Shown here piece by piece: positions 33,101-42,458 of a stretch of 64,000 nucleotides of DNA. The notes under the pieces were generated by a model that saw nothing but the letters and a program-made list of their open reading frames with translations, was not told where the DNA came from and searched no databases. How positions within the stretch are numbered: the stretch's first letter is position 1; each line of letters opens with the position of its first letter. The stretch is from an uncultured Chthonomonadaceae bacterium. GTDB taxonomy: Bacteria; Armatimonadota; Chthonomonadetes; Chthonomonadales; Chthonomonadaceae. The position numbers and the translations under genes are program-made. The stretch spans positions 256,001 through 320,000 of the forward strand of contig CAWIEK010000044.1 in the NCBI GenBank assembly GCA_963835065.1, written 5' to 3'.

Positions 33101-34825
33101 ATGCCCGTTTCATTCCACACCGTTTCGCAGCACATGACGTTTGTAGATCAAACGCCGCTGCACCATGTCCAGAACGCGAATTTCCTGCTGCCCGGACAAA
33201 CGTATGATGTGTTTATCACGCTTGCCAACAGCGACGCCGTGGAAGCGCTTGGCGTTCAAGTTCACGTCAACCATTCCGCGTTCGGCATCGGCCTGCCGGG
33301 AGGGGATTCGTACATCGCGCAGCCTTCGCCGGTCAACGTGCCTCCGGCTCTGGACGGCGACCCCGGCCTGGCAACGATTCAGTTCCAGTTCACCGCGCCC
33401 GCCGCGGGACACGGCTGCCTGTACGCGACCATCAAGCCGAACGGCCCCGGCCTGTCGCAAAATATCACCGTGTACAGCGTCGTGCCCGGCGCGAAAACCC
33501 TGCTGTCGTTTCTGGTTTACGGCGACCTGAATACTGCCGAAAAGATGACGCTGAATCTGACCGAACGGCTTGACAACGGCAGCCTGGTTCCCGCCGCCAA
33601 TTCCTGGCAGCCCCTGCTTGTCCCGCCGACGGACCTGACGGGGAGCGCCACTGCGGTTTCCATGCCCGCGCCGCTTACCGTGAACCTGGGCAAGGGAAGC
33701 GTGTACTCCATCGGGCTGCAAGTCGCCGTGCCGAAGACCGCAACGCAGGCGCATATCTTCCACATCACGGGAACGATCAAAACGCCGGGTGACGCGGGCG
33801 AGGTGGACATCCGCGTGGAGCCGACGGCGACAAACGCCACGCCCCCGCATCCCTACGTCAGCGGCGGCTACCATAGCCCGGACATTATTCTCATTGATCC
33901 GGCAACACATCTGGCTGTGCCTCTGTTCGGCGATCCGGGCGACCCGAACACGATCCTGCGCCCCAATACCAATTACGGGTTTCAGGTCGTTGTTCATAAC
34001 GATTCGCCCACGCCTGCGGTCAATACCGTTGTGCGCTTCTGGATGTGGGATTCGCTGTCGAAGATCGGAACACCTGTTGATGTGCAAAGCGCCACCATTC
34101 CGGCCAATGGGCAGGTGGTCGTGGTTTCCGAACATCCGTTCCTCAGCGCGCCGGAGGGCCGGCATCGCTGCGCGGCGGTGAGCATTTACAACTCGCAATC
34201 GGTCTGCCAGAACGACAGCACGGTGTTTTACGATGCGAACCAGAACGCCTTTCACCACCTGCCGGATGCGGGTACGGACGGCAACAAGAGTTGCGCGGCG
34301 TGGCGCAACACCGACTCGAAGTTCATTTACATCGGCAAGCCCTGGCAAATCAATCTGGATATGGGCTTTGTACTGCCCGGCCCCGGCCCGGTGGAACAGG
34401 CCGTGCGCGTGGATGTTACCACGCAGCATGTGCCTGCCGACCATGCCGCGCAGCCCGCAGTGATACAGGCCGCTCAAACCCTGCGCGAACTCGGCGGACA
34501 CGCCCTTGTGCCTACCTTCCTGCTGACAGCCGTACGCCCGACTTTGCCGCTCATTGACCTGGGCGTTAAAATTCAGGCAGCGGGCCTGAAGACCGCGCCC
34601 ATTGCGCCGCCCGCCAATGCGAATCCGAAAGCGGTACAGCCTGTCTCCCTGTCGGTGACGCTGCCTTCCGGCAGGCCCGCGCCGATTGCGATCAACGGCA
34701 TCACGCCCGCAGACGCGAAAGCGGGAGACATGTATCTGGTAGAAGTGGCCGCAACCTATCCGCAGGATCGAAACGGTACGAACAATGTCGTTCGGTTCAC
34801 CCACGCGCTGGTCGTCCACAGTTAG
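33101..34825 (+). CDS. Hypothetical protein with duplicated Ig/CARDB-like beta domains
   Basis: AAAGG RBS; internal similarity between LLPGQTYDVFITLANSD and LRPNTNYGFQVVVHNDS; SPDI motif; no obvious signal peptide. Confidence 0.7.
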   Translation: MPVSFHTVSQHMTFVDQTPLHHVQNANFLLPGQTYDVFITLANSDAVEALGVQVHVNHSAFGIGLPGGDSYIAQPSPVNVPPALDGDPGLATIQFQFTAPAAGHGCLYATIKPNGPGLSQNITVYSVVPGAKTLLSFLVYGDLNTAEKMTLNLTERLDNGSLVPAANSWQPLLVPPTDLTGSATAVSMPAPLTVNLGKGSVYSIGLQVAVPKTATQAHIFHITGTIKTPGDAGEVDIRVEPTATNATPPHPYVSGGYHSPDIILIDPATHLAVPLFGDPGDPNTILRPNTNYGFQVVVHNDSPTPAVNTVVRFWMWDSLSKIGTPVDVQSATIPANGQVVVVSEHPFLSAPEGRHRCAAVSIYNSQSVCQNDSTVFYDANQNAFHHLPDAGTDGNKSCAAWRNTDSKFIYIGKPWQINLDMGFVLPGPGPVEQAVRVDVTTQHVPADHAAQPAVIQAAQTLRELGGHALVPTFLLTAVRPTLPLIDLGVKIQAAGLKTAPIAPPANANPKAVQPVSLSVTLPSGRPAPIAINGITPADAKAGDMYLVEVAATYPQDRNGTNNVVRFTHALVVHS

Positions 34826-34872
34826 ACGCTTACCGCTGGTTCCCAAGAGTCCCGAACGGATTTCTTGCGGGG

Positions 34873-34953
34873 CAGTGAGAGTGGAGAGTGAGAGTGGCAA
34901 GTGAGAGTGAGAGAATATGCGCTTTTACTCTCACTCTCACTCTCCACTCCCAC
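34873..34953. repeat. Inverted pair of heptamer arrays (GTGAGAG / ACTCTC)
   Basis: Repeated agtgagag units followed by actctcactctcactctccactcc, able to fold back. Confidence 0.7.
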
Positions 34954-35019
34954 TTCTTTCTCGACATCCTGACGTGTTTGCGCAATTTGGTCAAGCAAAT
35001 TTTATATTTCCGTTGTTAG

Positions 35020-35048
35020 TTGACACATAGCTAGTTATGTGCTATCCT
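35020..35048 (+). promoter_or_regulatory. Sigma70 promoter with an inverted repeat in the spacer
   Basis: TTGACA-17 nt-TATCCT with extended -10 TG; CACATA-GCTAGT-TATGTG dyad overlaps the spacer. Confidence 0.6.
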
Positions 35049-35066
35049 TGTGGAATAGTACAAACC

Positions 35067-35342
35067 ATGACTACCAACGACATGATAATTCAATTGCGCG
35101 AACAGACAAATGCGCTGTTGGCGCAGATCAAGCAGCTTGACGAGCCGGAGCGCACCATGCTGTTGCGGGAAGCGCGCGCCCGTTTTGCCGCGTCTATTCG
35201 CACCACCGCGCGTTCGCAGGCAAGCCGGGAAAACATGACCAAACTGAATGAGGCGCGTCAAGCCTACGGCGTCAGCGACGAGACCCGGGCGAAACTAAGC
35301 GCCGCGCGTAAAGCCGCCTGGGAGCGCAAGCAGGCAGGGTAG
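35067..35342 (+). CDS. Small basic protein with NUMOD3-like motif
   Basis: C-terminal SDETRAKLSAARKAAW resembles the NUMOD3 (S.ET+.K.S.A) DNA-binding motif. Confidence 0.6.
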   Translation: MTTNDMIIQLREQTNALLAQIKQLDEPERTMLLREARARFAASIRTTARSQASRENMTKLNEARQAYGVSDETRAKLSAARKAAWERKQAG

Positions 35343-35408
35343 AGCAAAGGCGTTGCTTTGACTACGTTTTGATGAGAGTTATGTTCTTGGAAAGAAAGGC
35401 GTTTGGCG

Positions 35409-36860
35409 ATGACCGAACAAGCCAACAGGCTCCATGAAATTCAGCAGGCGAACGATGTTCTTACAGATCGCTACGCTTCCAAATTGGTTGTCAACCCGCA
35501 TCTGGATCGTCGTCTGGTCAGTTTTCAGGCGAACAAGGGCGAGATCGGGAATCGCTGGTACAAGTACAAAGAGGGTTTTTCCGCCGCCTTGATGCGCTAC
35601 GCTTTTGAGAAAGTCGGCTTGACGAAGGGTACGCTTTTAGAGCCGTTCGCCGGGGCGGGAACCGCGTTGTTCGCGGCATCGGCGGCGGGCATGAACGCCG
35701 TTGGTATAGAGTTGCTGCCGAGCAGCGCGGAAAGCATCGCCGCGCGCCAATTGCTGTTGAAGGCGGATTCTGCGCGTATGGCAAAGGCTATCCGGTTGTT
35801 CCGCGCCAATCGCAGTTGGGAACAGGAGGGCGCAGTCGTTCCTTTCGCGCATCTGAAAATCACAAATGGCGCGTTTCCCGCGGAAACAGAACGCCAACTG
35901 CGCCGCTACCTGCATGACGCAAGCCTGCACTCCGACCCTGATGTTGGGCGTATCCTGCGCTTTGCCGCGTTGTGCGTACTGGAGGCTATCAGTTACACGC
36001 GCAAGGATGGACAGTATTTGCGCTGGGATTACCGTTCGGGACGTAGGCAGGGCAGCAGGCCGTTTGACAAAGGCAAAATCCTGACCTTTTCCGAGGCAAT
36101 TCAGCCCAAACTGCTCGATATTGAAACAGACCTGTGCGCCGACAGTATTCCTTCCAGCCTTTTCGACTTGGATTCCGAGGATGATTACCCCGGACAGGCG
36201 CATTCGCCCGGCAACATACAACTGCTGACAGGTTCCTGTCTGGATATTCTGCCGACGCTGGATGCGGCGTCTTTCGACGGCATCGTCACCTCGCCGCCCT
36301 ATGCCAACCGCTACGATTATACCCGGACTTACGCGCTTGAACTCGCTATGATGGGCGTTGGTGAAGAAGGCATCCGGCATTTGCGGCAGGCGATGCTTTC
36401 CTGCACCGTTGAAAACAAGGCCAAAGACGGCCTGAAAGCCCGTTTTTCCCCCGATGTGTACGAGGCGGCGCAAACGGCTTTTGAGCGTCAGGAAGCGCTG
36501 CAACGGATTCTCGCCTATCTGGAACTATGTAAAGCGAATAAAACCATCAACAACACCGGAATTCCGCGTATGGTGCGAAACTACTTTTTTGAAATGGCGC
36601 TGGTAATTTTCCAGTGCGCGCGATTGCTCAAGCCGGGTGCGCCTTTCGTAATGGTGAACGACAACGTGCGCTATATGGGAGCGCATGTTCCCGTAGATTT
36701 GATTTTGGCGGACTTTGCTGTCGCTTCTGGTTTTGACGTGGAAACCATCTGGGTTTTGCCCTGCGGCAAAGGCAACAGCAGTCAGCAAATGGGCGTACAC
36801 GGACGCGAAGAAGCGCGTAAATGCGTGTATGTGTGGCGACGCCCTGCAATGGCCTGCTGA
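35409..36860 (+). CDS. DNA methyltransferase, SPPY type (N4-cytosine-like), motif I before motif IV
   Basis: RWYKYKEGFS, EPFAGAGT (motif I), TSPPYANRYDY (motif IV), GKGNSSQQMG. Resembles AvaI/BsoBI-type MTases from memory; unverified. Confidence 0.88.
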   Translation: MTEQANRLHEIQQANDVLTDRYASKLVVNPHLDRRLVSFQANKGEIGNRWYKYKEGFSAALMRYAFEKVGLTKGTLLEPFAGAGTALFAASAAGMNAVGIELLPSSAESIAARQLLLKADSARMAKAIRLFRANRSWEQEGAVVPFAHLKITNGAFPAETERQLRRYLHDASLHSDPDVGRILRFAALCVLEAISYTRKDGQYLRWDYRSGRRQGSRPFDKGKILTFSEAIQPKLLDIETDLCADSIPSSLFDLDSEDDYPGQAHSPGNIQLLTGSCLDILPTLDAASFDGIVTSPPYANRYDYTRTYALELAMMGVGEEGIRHLRQAMLSCTVENKAKDGLKARFSPDVYEAAQTAFERQEALQRILAYLELCKANKTINNTGIPRMVRNYFFEMALVIFQCARLLKPGAPFVMVNDNVRYMGAHVPVDLILADFAVASGFDVETIWVLPCGKGNSSQQMGVHGREEARKCVYVWRRPAMAC

Positions 36861-36980
36861 ATACAGGACGCGACTAAAATCAGGCGGCAAATTCACTGCG
36901 CAAACAGTTTAATATAAGGAATTTAGTACCTGAGTGGCGAATTAGAACCATTATCGCTGTACGAGAAAAGGAGCAAGATA

Positions 36981-38341
36981 TTGGATACTCTGGTCAGAGC
37001 CATGTATGGGATTGGAACGGAAGAACTGGCGCGGTTTCAGGAGGCGTTTGCCGCCAATCCGCAGCATCAGGTGTCGCTGAACGCGGTTACGAAAACGCCG
37101 CTCACGCAAATCGCTATGAACCGCAAGGCGGTGACGCGCGCCAACCACACGTACTCGCATCTGGTCAAGGCGGGCGCGGCCACCAGCCAGAACAAAAGCG
37201 GGCGCTGCTGGATGTTCGCGGGCCTGAACCTGTTCCGCATGAAAGCGGCGGAAATGATGAACCTGGAAGAATTCGAGTTGTCGCAGAATTATCTTTTTCT
37301 GTGGGATAAATTGGAAAAATCCAATTTCTTTCTGGAAAGCATTCTGGGTACGCTGCATGAGGACGTGGGCAGCCGCCTGCTGGCCTGGCTGATGCAGTCG
37401 CCGATACAGGACGGCGGGCAGTGGGATATGTTCGTCAACCTGATTAAGAAGTACGGCGTGGTTCCCAAAGAAGCCATGCCGGAAACCGAAAGCAGCAGCG
37501 CCAGCCACCTGATGAATGACCGCATCACCAACAAACTGCGCGAATACGCCGCGCGCCTGCGCAGCGGGCATCGGGAAGGGCTGGAACTCGATGTATTGCG
37601 CGAGCAGAAAACGCAGATGCTGTCGGAAGTGTACCGCATGTTGTGCATGCACCTGGGCGAGCCGCCGACCGAATTTGAATGGCAGTGGCGCGACAAGGAC
37701 AAGGAATTCCATCGCGACGGAACCCTGACGCCGCTTGGAGTTCCGCGAAAAATACGTGCCCATTGATCTCGACGATATGGTGTGCCTGATTCATTGCCCC
37801 ACTGTAGAAACCCCGTACAACCGCATGTACACGGTCAACTATCTGGGCAACGTGATCGGCGGGCATGGCGTCCGCTACCTGAACGTTGAAATGGACGCGC
37901 TGAAAAAAGCGAGCGTGGGCATGATCAAGGATGGCAAGCCCGTCTGGTTCGGCTGCGACGTGGGCAAGATGTTTGACCGCGATTTGGGATTGATGGACAC
38001 GGAATTGTACGATTTCGAGGGCGTGTACGGCGTTCCGTTCCACATGACCAAAGCCGAGCGGCTGGATTACGGCGCAAGTTTGATGACGCACGCGATGGTG
38101 TTTACAGGCGTGGATTTGGACGAGGCGGACAAGCCCCGCAAATGGCGCGTAGAAAACAGTTGGGGCGACAAAGTGGGCGACAAAGGCTTCATGCTGATGA
38201 CTGACGCCTGGTTCGACCAATTCAACTACGAAGTCGTAGTGGAAAAGCGGTACGTCGCGCCCGAACTGCTGGCGTCTGCTGGATACGGAGCCGATTGGCC
38301 TCCCGCCCTGGCATCCCATGGGATCACTGGCGGCGGCATGA
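36981..38341 (+). CDS. pepC: Aminopeptidase C / bleomycin hydrolase (C1B); frameshifts near 37735 and 38275
   Basis: QNKSGRCWMFA, DGGQW, WFGCDV, THAM, ENSWG; the conserved C-terminus LPPWHPMGSLA ends at 38341 in a shifted frame. Confidence 0.88.
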
Positions 38342-38493
38342 CAGCAAATCACTCTGCACTCAGAGGAGTGTCGTAGAACGTTCGTTTGCGTCTTGCCCAC
38401 AATCTCGCAAATTGCCCGTCAATAGCCTCTGTACAAAGGCATGACGGGCATTTCTTTGGACGCGCGGTTCGCGCGTTGCGCGAAGGAATGGGT

Positions 38494-39384
38494 TCAGTAC
38501 GGTTTTGTCGCTATGCCCGATGCGGCAGCCGTTTGCTGCGCAGGAGGGCTGAACGCGAAATCGGCGGCGGTCAGCGGCACATTGGTCTTGATGTTGGAGA
38601 GACGCATTACCTGTACGCCGTGTCGCCCGACGCTGTTAAATTCCAGCACATACTCGTGAATCAGGCTGTCGGGGCCGATATACAAATGCTGCTCGAAGGG
38701 TGTATTCTCGCCCCCGGCGATGTTGCCGTTGGTGAAATGGTGTGACAGAACTTCATACACAACCCCGTCTATCTTTTGTGTGCCCTCGTACTTCAATTCG
38801 TTCATGCTGCCGACATAGCCGTATTGCGCGATAGCCCGTTCGGGGTCGAAGAACGCGCCGAAAGGGATGCCGTCCCACAGGTGCAGGTTTGCGCCGGTGG
38901 CTTCCGCCGGCTGTGTGCTGTAGGTTCCCCCGCCCGCTGCCAGGCCGGATGCCTGCCGCGCTCCCAGCAGGCTGTCAAAGGGCGCGTCCGCGAACGCGCG
39001 GGTGGGAAGAAAACTGCCGGGCGTAAAGGTTGTCATGGTTTTGCCGTCCGAGGCGACCAGGTTGGGAAAGGCCGGGTGGGTCATATAGGAAAACTGAACG
39101 CGCGCGAAGTTGGGCCGCATGGCGCGGAACGATCCCGTCACCATCTGCTGGCTTTTCACCGACGTGCCCGTATAAACGAAATCCGCCGTCATGGTCTTTG
39201 TCCGCAATGCCGCCGTTCGCAGGCGGCGCAGGAGAGCGGCAACGCGGGGATCCATGGCAGACGCGGACGACACAGGCCGCGCGTCGCGCGTTTGCGAACG
39301 CGCGACGGTCTGCGCCGGACAGGAACCGAGACTTACAGCAAGGCCGCTCAACAGCAGCAGCGGGACAGCCAGGCGTGACAGCAT
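38494..39384 (-). CDS. Secreted LolA-like protein (putative)
   Basis: AAAGGAG RBS; signal peptide; RPN..R, VASDGKT, C-terminal NVPL..ADFAFSPP pattern. Confidence 0.65.
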   Translation of the reverse strand: MLSRLAVPLLLLSGLAVSLGSCPAQTVARSQTRDARPVSSASAMDPRVAALLRRLRTAALRTKTMTADFVYTGTSVKSQQMVTGSFRAMRPNFARVQFSYMTHPAFPNLVASDGKTMTTFTPGSFLPTRAFADAPFDSLLGARQASGLAAGGGTYSTQPAEATGANLHLWDGIPFGAFFDPERAIAQYGYVGSMNELKYEGTQKIDGVVYEVLSHHFTNGNIAGGENTPFEQHLYIGPDSLIHEYVLEFNSVGRHGVQVMRLSNIKTNVPLTAADFAFSPPAQQTAAASGIATKPY

Positions 39385-39775
39385 CCTTTTCTCCTTTGTA
39401 GGCTTCCACGATCTATAGAAGCAGGTATACAGAAGCAGAGGCAAGCAGAACCTACTACATTTCAAGGCGTTTGCGGGCAAAGCGCGTTACAAGTTAATGC
39501 GCAAACGCGACTTGAGACAACTATCTATTGAGACGGCGCAAGCTGCTTCTACGGTTCACAATTTATGCAATTACATTCTCAATCCGCGTTCATTCGCGGC
39601 TATTTCTAAAAAGTGTGTTGCGGCGCGTTCAAGTTTCAAACATCGGCGATTTTCTTTGCGTATTGAGAAGACAGGGAACGTTTCGGCGGGTTTGTTTGTT
39701 GTAGGGAGTGAACCGTCGAGGTTTGCGCGTTGCTTTCATCTGCGGCGCAAACGGGCGCATCAAGGAGAATTAACC

Positions 39776-40354
39776 ATGCGAAATAACGGCATCGCGGCAG
39801 TGGCCTGCGTCTTGGGAGCAACATTGGCCTGGGGCTATATGCGTAACGCAAACGCGCAAACCGACAGCGCGGCGAAAATGAAACAAACGACAACGACGAG
39901 CAAAGTCGCCAAAATCACCAAAAGTGACGCGGAGTGGAAGAAGATTTTGACGCCGGAGCAGTACGACGTGATGCGCCAAAAGGGAACGGAGCGGGCGTTC
40001 ACGGGCAAATATTGGCACAACGAGGAAACGGGCGCGTACTACTGCGCGGCCTGCGGCCTGGAACTGTTCACGTCCAAAACCAAGTTCGATTCGGGCACGG
40101 GCTGGCCGAGTTTTTATCAGGAAGCGGTCAAAGGCAACATCATCACGCACACGGACGCGGACGGCGAGCGCTCGGAAGTGATTTGCGCCCGTTGCGGCAG
40201 TCACCTGGGCCACGTTTTCACCGACGGCCCCAAGCCCACCGGCCTGCGCTACTGCATGAACTCCGTCAGCCTGGAGTTCAAAAAGGACGGCGACAAGAGC
40301 AAACTGAAAGCCCCCGCCCTCCCGGCAGTAACCACAACCACCACGAAGAAGTAG
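39776..40354 (+). CDS. msrB: Peptide-methionine (R)-S-oxide reductase, exported
   Basis: [39 protein letters not shown]-terminal signal peptide. Confidence 0.95.
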   Translation: MRNNGIAAVACVLGATLAWGYMRNANAQTDSAAKMKQTTTTSKVAKITKSDAEWKKILTPEQYDVMRQKGTERAFTGKYWHNEETGAYYCAACGLELFTSKTKFDSGTGWPSFYQEAVKGNIITHTDADGERSEVICARCGSHLGHVFTDGPKPTGLRYCMNSVSLEFKKDGDKSKLKAPALPAVTTTTTKK

Positions 40355-40394
40355 CCTGTATCTTAATTACGGGCTTGCAGCCCATTCTTCCTGC

Positions 40395-40920
40395 GGCCAG
40401 TCGTTTCCACGCGAAATGACTGGCCTTAAGTGTTTGCGCGGGTAGGTATTTTGCCGGCGCCAGTCGAATAGGCCGTCTGAATCATGCTCATCAAAACGTG
40501 AGTTTAGCGCCTGTTTACCGGTACACTGCGGCATAACTCCTTGTGCAGTAACCGGATTATACCTATTTTAATCTTTTGCCGGTTATTAGGCCGTCGGCCA
40601 ATCGTCCCAATGAACGAAAACTACTCACGTATTTAGGCCGCAGTGTACTAGTGACCTTCGACACGCACAAGCGCGTGTGCCGCATTGTTCTTAACGCCGC
40701 CCATCCGTTCGCGCGCAAGTTGCAACCCGCCTTAACCAAGTTGCTGGACCAGTGGCACACCGATGTTTGGTTGGGCGAAATTCAGGTTTGTATAGCGGGC
40801 GCTATGGGAAGACTTACGCTGTGACATACTGGATTGTACTGGGTTTCCTGCTATGGATACTTTTTTTAACGTGTGCCGGTGTCCTGCATACTTCAGCCGG
40901 TCCCAAAATTTTGCGCTATA
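40395..40920. ncRNA. Candidate large structured non-coding RNA (family unknown)
   Basis: No credible ORF; several perfectly complementary segments in crossing order (12 bp 40521-32/40637-48; 8 bp 40496-503/40623-30; 7 bp 40443-49/40559-65; 7 bp 40434-40/40712-18) plus local hairpins. Confidence 0.5.
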
Positions 40921-41001
40921 ATATCTTTTGTCTGACAGCGTGGCGTGTTCCTGCGCATACGGCTTGCCGGTGTAATATGCGTGGAAAATTAGAGAGGAAA
41001 A

Positions 41002-42273
41002 ATGGTGAAGGTAAACGGAAGCCAGCAGGTACTTGTAATCGGGGCGGGGGCGGCAGGGCTGTTGGCGGCGAAGCGGGCGGCGGAACGGGGAGCGCGCGTC
41101 ACGCTGCTGGAAAAGAATGACCGCGTGGGCATGAAGATTTTGATTTCCGGCGGCGGCAAGTGCAACCTGACCCATGCGGACGCGATGGAAGCGGTTCGCG
41201 CCGCATTTCGCCCGAATGAAGCCCGGTTCCTCAAGCCGTCCTTTTACCGCTTCACCAATGACGATTTTCTGGACATTCTTCATCAGGAAGGGATGCAAAC
41301 GTATGCGCGTCCCGATGGCCGCGTGTTTCCCGTCGAGCCTGCCAACGCCAAAGATGTCGTTGCCCTGCTGGAAAGCGTCGCGCGCAAGGCGGGCGTAAGT
41401 ATCGTATTGGGCGCAGGCGTGAGCGGATTGGTTTGCGAAGCGGGGCATGTTGTCGGCGTTCGCGTCGGTGAGCGCATACAGCGGGCGGATCGGGTGATTG
41501 TCGCTGTTGGCGGCTCTTCCTATCCGGCAACGGGAACGACGGGAGATGGCTGGCGGTGGGCGGCGGAAGCGGGACATACGCTTGTGCCGCTGCGGGCGGC
41601 GCTTGCGCCCCTGTACCTGGCGAATGTGGAACCGGACTGGTCAGGCGTGGCGCTGCGCGATGTGGCCTTGCGGGCGCGGCTGGGCGCGGGCGGCAAAGAA
41701 TACGCGCGCTGGCGGGGCGATCTGCTGTTCACGCACAAGGGCGTGTCCGGCCCATGCGCGCTTGGCGTCTCGCGGGAGATTGCCGAACGCATGGCGGTTG
41801 GCGTTGCGCAGGGTGGTATCGTGGAAGTGGATTTACTTCCCGACGTGCCGTTCGAGGAACTGCAAACACAATTGCGTTCGGAATTGCAAGCGAACCCGCG
41901 CAAAACACTGGGCGGCGTCACAGCCCGCTATGTGCCCGACAGCCTGGCCGCGCCGCTTGGCGCGGCTATCGGAACTGATCCGCAAACGCGGGGCGCGCAC
42001 CTGTCAGCCAAAGCCTTGAACCGCGCCGTCAGCATCCTCAAAGGCTGGCCGCTCGGCGGTGTGCGGAGTGTCCCTTTGGAACGCGGCGAAGTGGTTGCAG
42101 GCGGCGTCAGTCTGGACGAAGTGGACGCGCACACGATGGAATCGCGCCTCGTTAAAGGGCTGTACCTGTGTGGCGAAATACTCGACATTGCCGGTCCCGT
42201 CGGCGGCTACAACCTGCAAGCCGCGTGGAGTACCGGCTATGTGGCAGGCGAAGCGGCTGCCGATAACCTGTAA
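41002..42273 (+). CDS. HI0933/BaiN family flavoprotein
   Basis: GAGAAG, KILISGGGKCNLT, GRVFP, GGSSYP.TGTTGDG, LFTH.GVSGP, GEILD...GGYNLQ.AWSTG. Confidence 0.92.
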   Translation: MVKVNGSQQVLVIGAGAAGLLAAKRAAERGARVTLLEKNDRVGMKILISGGGKCNLTHADAMEAVRAAFRPNEARFLKPSFYRFTNDDFLDILHQEGMQTYARPDGRVFPVEPANAKDVVALLESVARKAGVSIVLGAGVSGLVCEAGHVVGVRVGERIQRADRVIVAVGGSSYPATGTTGDGWRWAAEAGHTLVPLRAALAPLYLANVEPDWSGVALRDVALRARLGAGGKEYARWRGDLLFTHKGVSGPCALGVSREIAERMAVGVAQGGIVEVDLLPDVPFEELQTQLRSELQANPRKTLGGVTARYVPDSLAAPLGAAIGTDPQTRGAHLSAKALNRAVSILKGWPLGGVRSVPLERGEVVAGGVSLDEVDAHTMESRLVKGLYLCGEILDIAGPVGGYNLQAAWSTGYVAGEAAADNL

Positions 42274-42282
42274 CAACGCGGG

Positions 42283-42458
42283 CTAATAGATGTTCAGAGC
42301 GCGGTATGCCTTCCGAATGTTCTCGCAAAACTCCTCGTAAGAAGGAAGCATTTCCAGTTTATCCAGTGAAATCGCGCTGCCAATCGGCTGATACAAATCG
42401 TTTCGCTTCAACTCGGTTCGCCTGCGCCTGGGCATGTCCTAAAGATACTATGAACCAT
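42283..42458 (-). pseudogene. Truncated partner gene of the AAA ATPase (DUF4276-like C-terminal remnant)
   Basis: An ATG overlaps the ATPase stop (TAATG at 42458) but is out of frame with the 50-aa remnant MPRRRRTELKRNDLYQPIGSAISLDKLEMLPSYEEF...; family assignment from memory. Confidence 0.55.

Noticed and set aside
31539..34900. Long antisense ORFs (31539-33065, 33110-34900; similarly 14438-15835, 45064-46683)
   Set aside because: Shadow ORFs expected from high-GC codon bias opposite better-supported genes.
40563..40824. Short ORFs 40576-40824 (+) and 40563-40760 (-) as proteins
   Set aside because: No RBS, atypical composition and no recognisable motifs.
40935..40968. Minus-strand AAGCCGTATGCG resembling group II intron domain V
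   Set aside because: The complementary 3' arm and domain VI are missing, and no reverse transcriptase ORF is nearby.
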